A stretch of DNA of 64,000 bases from Zygnema circumcarinatum SAG 698-1b (taxonomy: Eukaryota; Plantae; Zygnematophyceae), in the NCBI GenBank assembly GCA_037447605.1, contig CM074811.1, positions 2,666,001-2,730,000 of the forward strand, in the 5' to 3' direction. Numbering within the stretch: the stretch's first letter is position 1; each line of letters opens with the position of its first letter. A model generated the notes under the pieces. It saw only the letters and a program-made list of their open reading frames with translations. It was not told the origin of the DNA and did no database searches. Positions 59,901 through 64,000 of the stretch are shown one piece after another. The position numbers and the translations under genes were made by a program.

Positions 59901-62900
59901 TGTGGAAATGGGAAGTGGCAGTGCTGCTAGAACAGCGGGATGGAAAGATTATCCGCAGAGCAGTGGAGAGCCAAAATCTTCCGGAGATAGCAGAGCCAAA
60001 AGCAGAGTTATACCTTCAACAAAATCAGACGGTTCTGTTAGGGGCCCTGCAGGAGCTTCTCCACTAGGAAGCGCAGCGGAGAAAGGAGGTTCACATTTCA
60101 CAACTTCAAAGGCAGCTGGACGACCTTCCACACCAGGAATAGAGGTTGAGCAACGAGTGTTGAAAGGGAAGGCTGAAGGAGCTGCATTGGCACGGACGAC
60201 ATCAGGGACTGCATCATGGAGTATGGGTGGTGGAGGATGGGGGGCAGGGGTGCCCTCAAAGTCGAGGCAAGGAGAGGATACAGTGTCGAAACCTCTTTTG
60301 AAGGGGAAGGGCAATGAAGCAGGGAAGTCAGGAGGAGGCTTTGTGAAAGTGACGGGGGGAGGACAGCTCAAGGGAGGAGAGATGGGAAGCAGACCTCATT
60401 TAGGTTCTAAAAAATTTACAGTGGAGCGTCTTTTGGAGCGAGAAATAGGGGAGGCGATAAAAAAGCTGCTGGAATGGGACAAGAACAAGTTCTTTACACA
60501 GCCGGTAGGTCAACTGCTCTGGATGGCCACTGCTAACAGTAACTGGTAGTTAGCATGTTTTATCCTTGAGCCTGTTTTGTCTCATTTCTGTCAGCTCTGT
60601 TCACTTTTTCCAGCATCAAATTGTTGGTTTTCTTTAATTTACTCTCCTTTTCAACATGGTATTAGTTTAGCCCTGCAGAAGCTGGCTAATGGCAGATTGA
60701 AAATCATGGCCGCTGAAGACCATTGATTGATATTATTGATTGCATTCTCAAGTCTAATTCCTTGTGATGAAAGGCCACGGAATCTTAACAGAGGTAACAA
60801 CATGGCCAAAAAGTCAATTGATTTTAGTTTTTAGAGCATGTACTAGATCACCTGTAGTGGGGGTGTATATGTATGGACACTCGGAATCTGCCATTAGGGG
60901 AGTACGAGTATCTCGACAAGGGCAGATTTCAGCTTAGATATTGCTTAAAGCAATTATTGTGTGGGTAGGCATCAGGCCTCCTACAGCTAGCTGTAAGGGA
61001 GGGGAAACCACTCTATCCGATCGGTGTGATAGAAAGCATCAGTTCTAATGTTGGAGGACGCTTGTCTAATGTTGAAGCGTTTATTTGTCCATCAAGAGTC
61101 GATTCTGCTCCCTCCAATACTCAAATAGTGGAACTATTAGACGGCACGTTTTATTGCCAGTAGATATCTCGGTAGTTCTCACTTTACACACCTGTCACCA
61201 CCTTTCAATCTCATCCTTGTACCTTTAGTTTGATTTGCATTTGTTTTCAACAGTCTTAGAAGTAGGTTTTATGTTGCTGAAATGCCTCTTACATTTTTTT
61301 TCAAGGTGGTAACCAACTGGTGAATGAAAACAACGGATGCGTTACACTTCGAATTGCTCATTCCAGTCAGAAAGCTGATCTGTTTGCAAGACGGGAGGTT
61401 TTATGCAGATGTCCGCCGGGTTATTCCCAACATATGAACAGCGCTGCCGACAGAAGGTAGATCTTTCAACGCTGCAAAGGAAATTGCGTGACGGTGAATA
61501 CAGCAATGCGAGTGGTCTCAACGAGGGTCTGTACCCTCCAACAAATGGACTATACGCCTTCGACAATGATGTGAAGCTCATTGGACGGAATGCCTTCCTG
61601 TATGTTGCTGTTTCTCACTCTATTTACTACAAACTTTGTTCTTGCAAACAGGAGTTTGGAGGCAGTTGGTTGAATTTTTGTATGCAGACTGTGACTGAGA
61701 TCATAAGTGAGATGCAGCGTGTCCCAGCCCACCGAAATGGGCAGATAACCAGTTTCTGCTTGTTCCGTTCCTTTTGTGCAATAAAAAAAGTTGACTTAGC
61801 ATGTACGTGTACTCTTCATAGCGTGTCCGTCCACAGCGTGTCAAGTCAATTTTTTCCAGTAAAACCTTCTGAGAACCGTCTGATTGATTACTAAGGTCAT
61901 ACCTTGGATAGTTACTGTATGAGGAAACACTGGGTGCAGATCCGAATTTTAAGAATTCTGATGTGACTGCTTCAAAAATCACTTCACTTCCCATATATCT
62001 GATACTAACTTCTCCTTGATCAGTTAGAAGCGAGTTATTGACAAGCATTATATATCTTCTGCGATAGTTCATTATGCAGATGCCATGTAGTAAGGTCTGG
62101 GAACCTGCTCGTTGGATTATAATAAAGGACATGGTGACAGATGTATGATTCTACCGGCTGGGTTTTGTTCTGAACGCAGCTATTTCGAGGAAAAGGGACC
62201 CATTTACAAAGCTGGTCAAGGTCTGTTCAAACTCGGCTCTAAGCTTGTGGAAAACATTAAGGCCAACATTTTGAAGCAGCTACATGCTTCGGCGAAGCTG
62301 TATGGCGGAGTTCTGACAAGTAAAGCCAAGGGGAAGCGCATAGCGAACAATGTGGCTAGGAAACCGGTTGCGAAAAAGAGAGAGAGAGAGGAGGATTTCA
62401 AGGGACGAGCTGAGAAGAAGAAGCGGGATGAGCTCGATGACGAAAGTGATTTGGACAGCGATGCTGAGAGTGAGGAGATTCTCGATGATGGAGAAGATAG
62501 TGTTAGGGGTGGGTCAGCCAAGAAGGGTGCAAAATCTCGGAATGTATGGTCTGAGTCTGAAGGGGAAGAGAGCGAGGAAGATGGGACAGACTTGGACATT
62601 TATGAGGTGAGTGGGACCGTATTCATTTGCGCAACTACCGCCATTTCGTGGACCTTTTTTGTCAGAAGTTGATGGTGGAAAATGCCGATTCTTTATACAG
62701 GGCACCCTTGATGCCCATTGTTTGGGGCCCAATTCGTCAGAAAGTGTTTGTGATTCTCTTCCATGCTAACTAACTAATCCTTCAGCATGTCTCCCTTGTT
62801 GCTTCTTGTTAACCTGCTTTCGCCTTGTACTTGCATCCTCAATCATTTCGGGATCTTTAGGAAAAAATAGGTCGTATTGCGGCAATAGTCATTCTAGCAA

Positions 62901-64000
62901 CATATTCTGACCCTGTCCCTCTTTTGGCATCTGCATTCAGTATCCTGAGCATGTGCTTGAACAACCCCATGAGTCCGCTAGCAATAACATTAAGGCTCAT
63001 GAAGAGGATGAAGAAGATGGGGACGAAGAAGAGGTGGAGCAGGAGGGATGGACCAAAAGGCCTAAAGTATACAAGGAGAAGATGCGTCTTTGGGGGAATC
63101 GTATGACGAAGGCGGCTATGGTCCCACCAATTACTCGTGTATATGAAACAATTGAAAACTATGTCATTGTGGAAGACAAAGAAAGGGTGGAGAGAAAGCT
63201 TGTAGTGGAGCTTCCAGACAACCTTGAGGCAAAGACGAAACGAGCCAAGGATGATGGTTTCACTCAGGTAAACAGACCCAAATGCGATGGCGGGAGATTT
63301 TCTTCAAACGGCTGAATTCAATAGCATGGGTCTTGGATCTGCATACACAACTGTTGCTGTCTTAGTGATGTGTACTGAGTCCTTCTTGGTTTCTCCGTTC
63401 AATTATCCGTCGTATTGCGATCTCGGCAACCAATGAGCTGTTTGATGTATGCAACGGCAGTTAAAGCAGGATAGTTACCTTTTGCTTTGGTTTGCATGGT
63501 TTTAGTTGGCTTTATATACTCAGATAGTTAAATGCCACATGCATGTGGCATAGGGTCCAGTCCTTCCATTCGATAAAGTATATATGTATTGAAAGATATA
63601 TTAAGTGTATGCTTCAGGAGCACAAACGAGTTAAAAGCAGGATCTGTCCCTTTGAAATGCTTCGGATTTTGGATTTTGTGTTATAAAACTTCAAACTCTG
63701 CACTCCCTCCTGCTGCTGAAGCCCTGGTTATCCTTCTGCCTTCTCCCTTTGTTTTGAGCAGGGCATCCATTTAGACTGGCCAGATGTGAAACCTGCAAGC
63801 AGACGGCAGGAAGTGAATATTGACGTGGTGGAGCAGGAGGTGTACGGCATCGACCCTTGCACACATAACCAGCTTTTGGACTCCATGCGTGAGCAGTGGC
63901 ATAGAAGGGGCCCTTCTGAAACTCGGCCAAGGACTGATCCCCCTCCGAGTCTCAAGGAGGATGAGGAGCATGCATTCATCGAAGAGGTATGGGCTGCTCT
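53042..64000 (+). CDS. ATXR3: Histone H3K4 methyltransferase ATXR3/SDG2-like, 5' part (SET domain lies beyond the window)
   Basis: Exons ~53042..53336, 54247..55053, 55411..55473, 55659..59470, 59695..60504, 61409..61599, 62180..62606, ~62941..63267, ~63761..63986. ATXR3 hallmarks: LTIDDRVEQLMAGFELILGKE, GYF-like GEWFYQDGMGKEQG...SSVYRREDALWLPI, F-box-like PWESMEAGLLNLIFCYL...CRAW, WGNRMTKAAMVPPITRVYETIENYVIV, VVEQEVYGIDPCTHNQLLDSM...HAFIEE. Confidence 0.92.

Noticed and set aside
60764-60850. Possible intronic C/D-box snoRNA (GTGATGA)
   Set aside because: No properly spaced CTGA D box or terminal stem was found.
1-64000. Prokaryotic defence system (pAgo operon, CRISPR)
   Set aside because: Genes have spliceosomal GT-AG introns, the Argonaute is a full eukaryotic type, and there is no repeat-spacer array.
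1880-64000. Functional RNA-silencing/chromatin gene cluster (AGO, RSRC2-like, CCAR1-like, ATXR3)
   Set aside because: These genes are interspersed with unrelated metabolic genes. Without conserved synteny or co-expression data, chance adjacency is the simpler reading.

Overview
Intron-rich eukaryotic nuclear DNA from a green plant. A streptophyte alga or early-diverging streptophyte is most likely; this is inferred from gene content and not proven. I assembled eight spliced genes by hand from GT-AG junctions, plus a probable 3' tail of a ninth at the left edge. In order: a complete 13-exon Argonaute with an intact DEDH slicer tetrad (-, 1880-11200); an SMAP/RSRC2-like protein (+); a CCAR1/DBC1-family EMB1579/RSA1-like protein (+) with about 0.5 kb of (CCCTAA)n telomere-type repeat in one intron; an F-box/DUF3506 protein (+); an alpha/beta hydrolase (+); a plastid-targeted, cyanobacterial-looking ribose-5-phosphate isomerase (-); a protein with a C-terminal HPD J-like motif (-); and the 5' part of the H3K4 methyltransferase ATXR3/SDG2 (+, runs off the window). 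The standout feature is an imperfect palindrome of about 4 kb (~49,930-53,910, 78-bp spacer). It gives two unrelated head-to-head genes, the J-like gene and ATXR3, homologous copies of the same promoter, 5' UTR exon/intron and 295-nt first coding exon with two CCHC zinc knuckles. That exon splices in frame into both gene bodies, which looks like exon and promoter capture by inverted duplication. This ATXR3 also carries a recognisable but non-canonical bromodomain. All family assignments come from recalled motifs; no database search was run.
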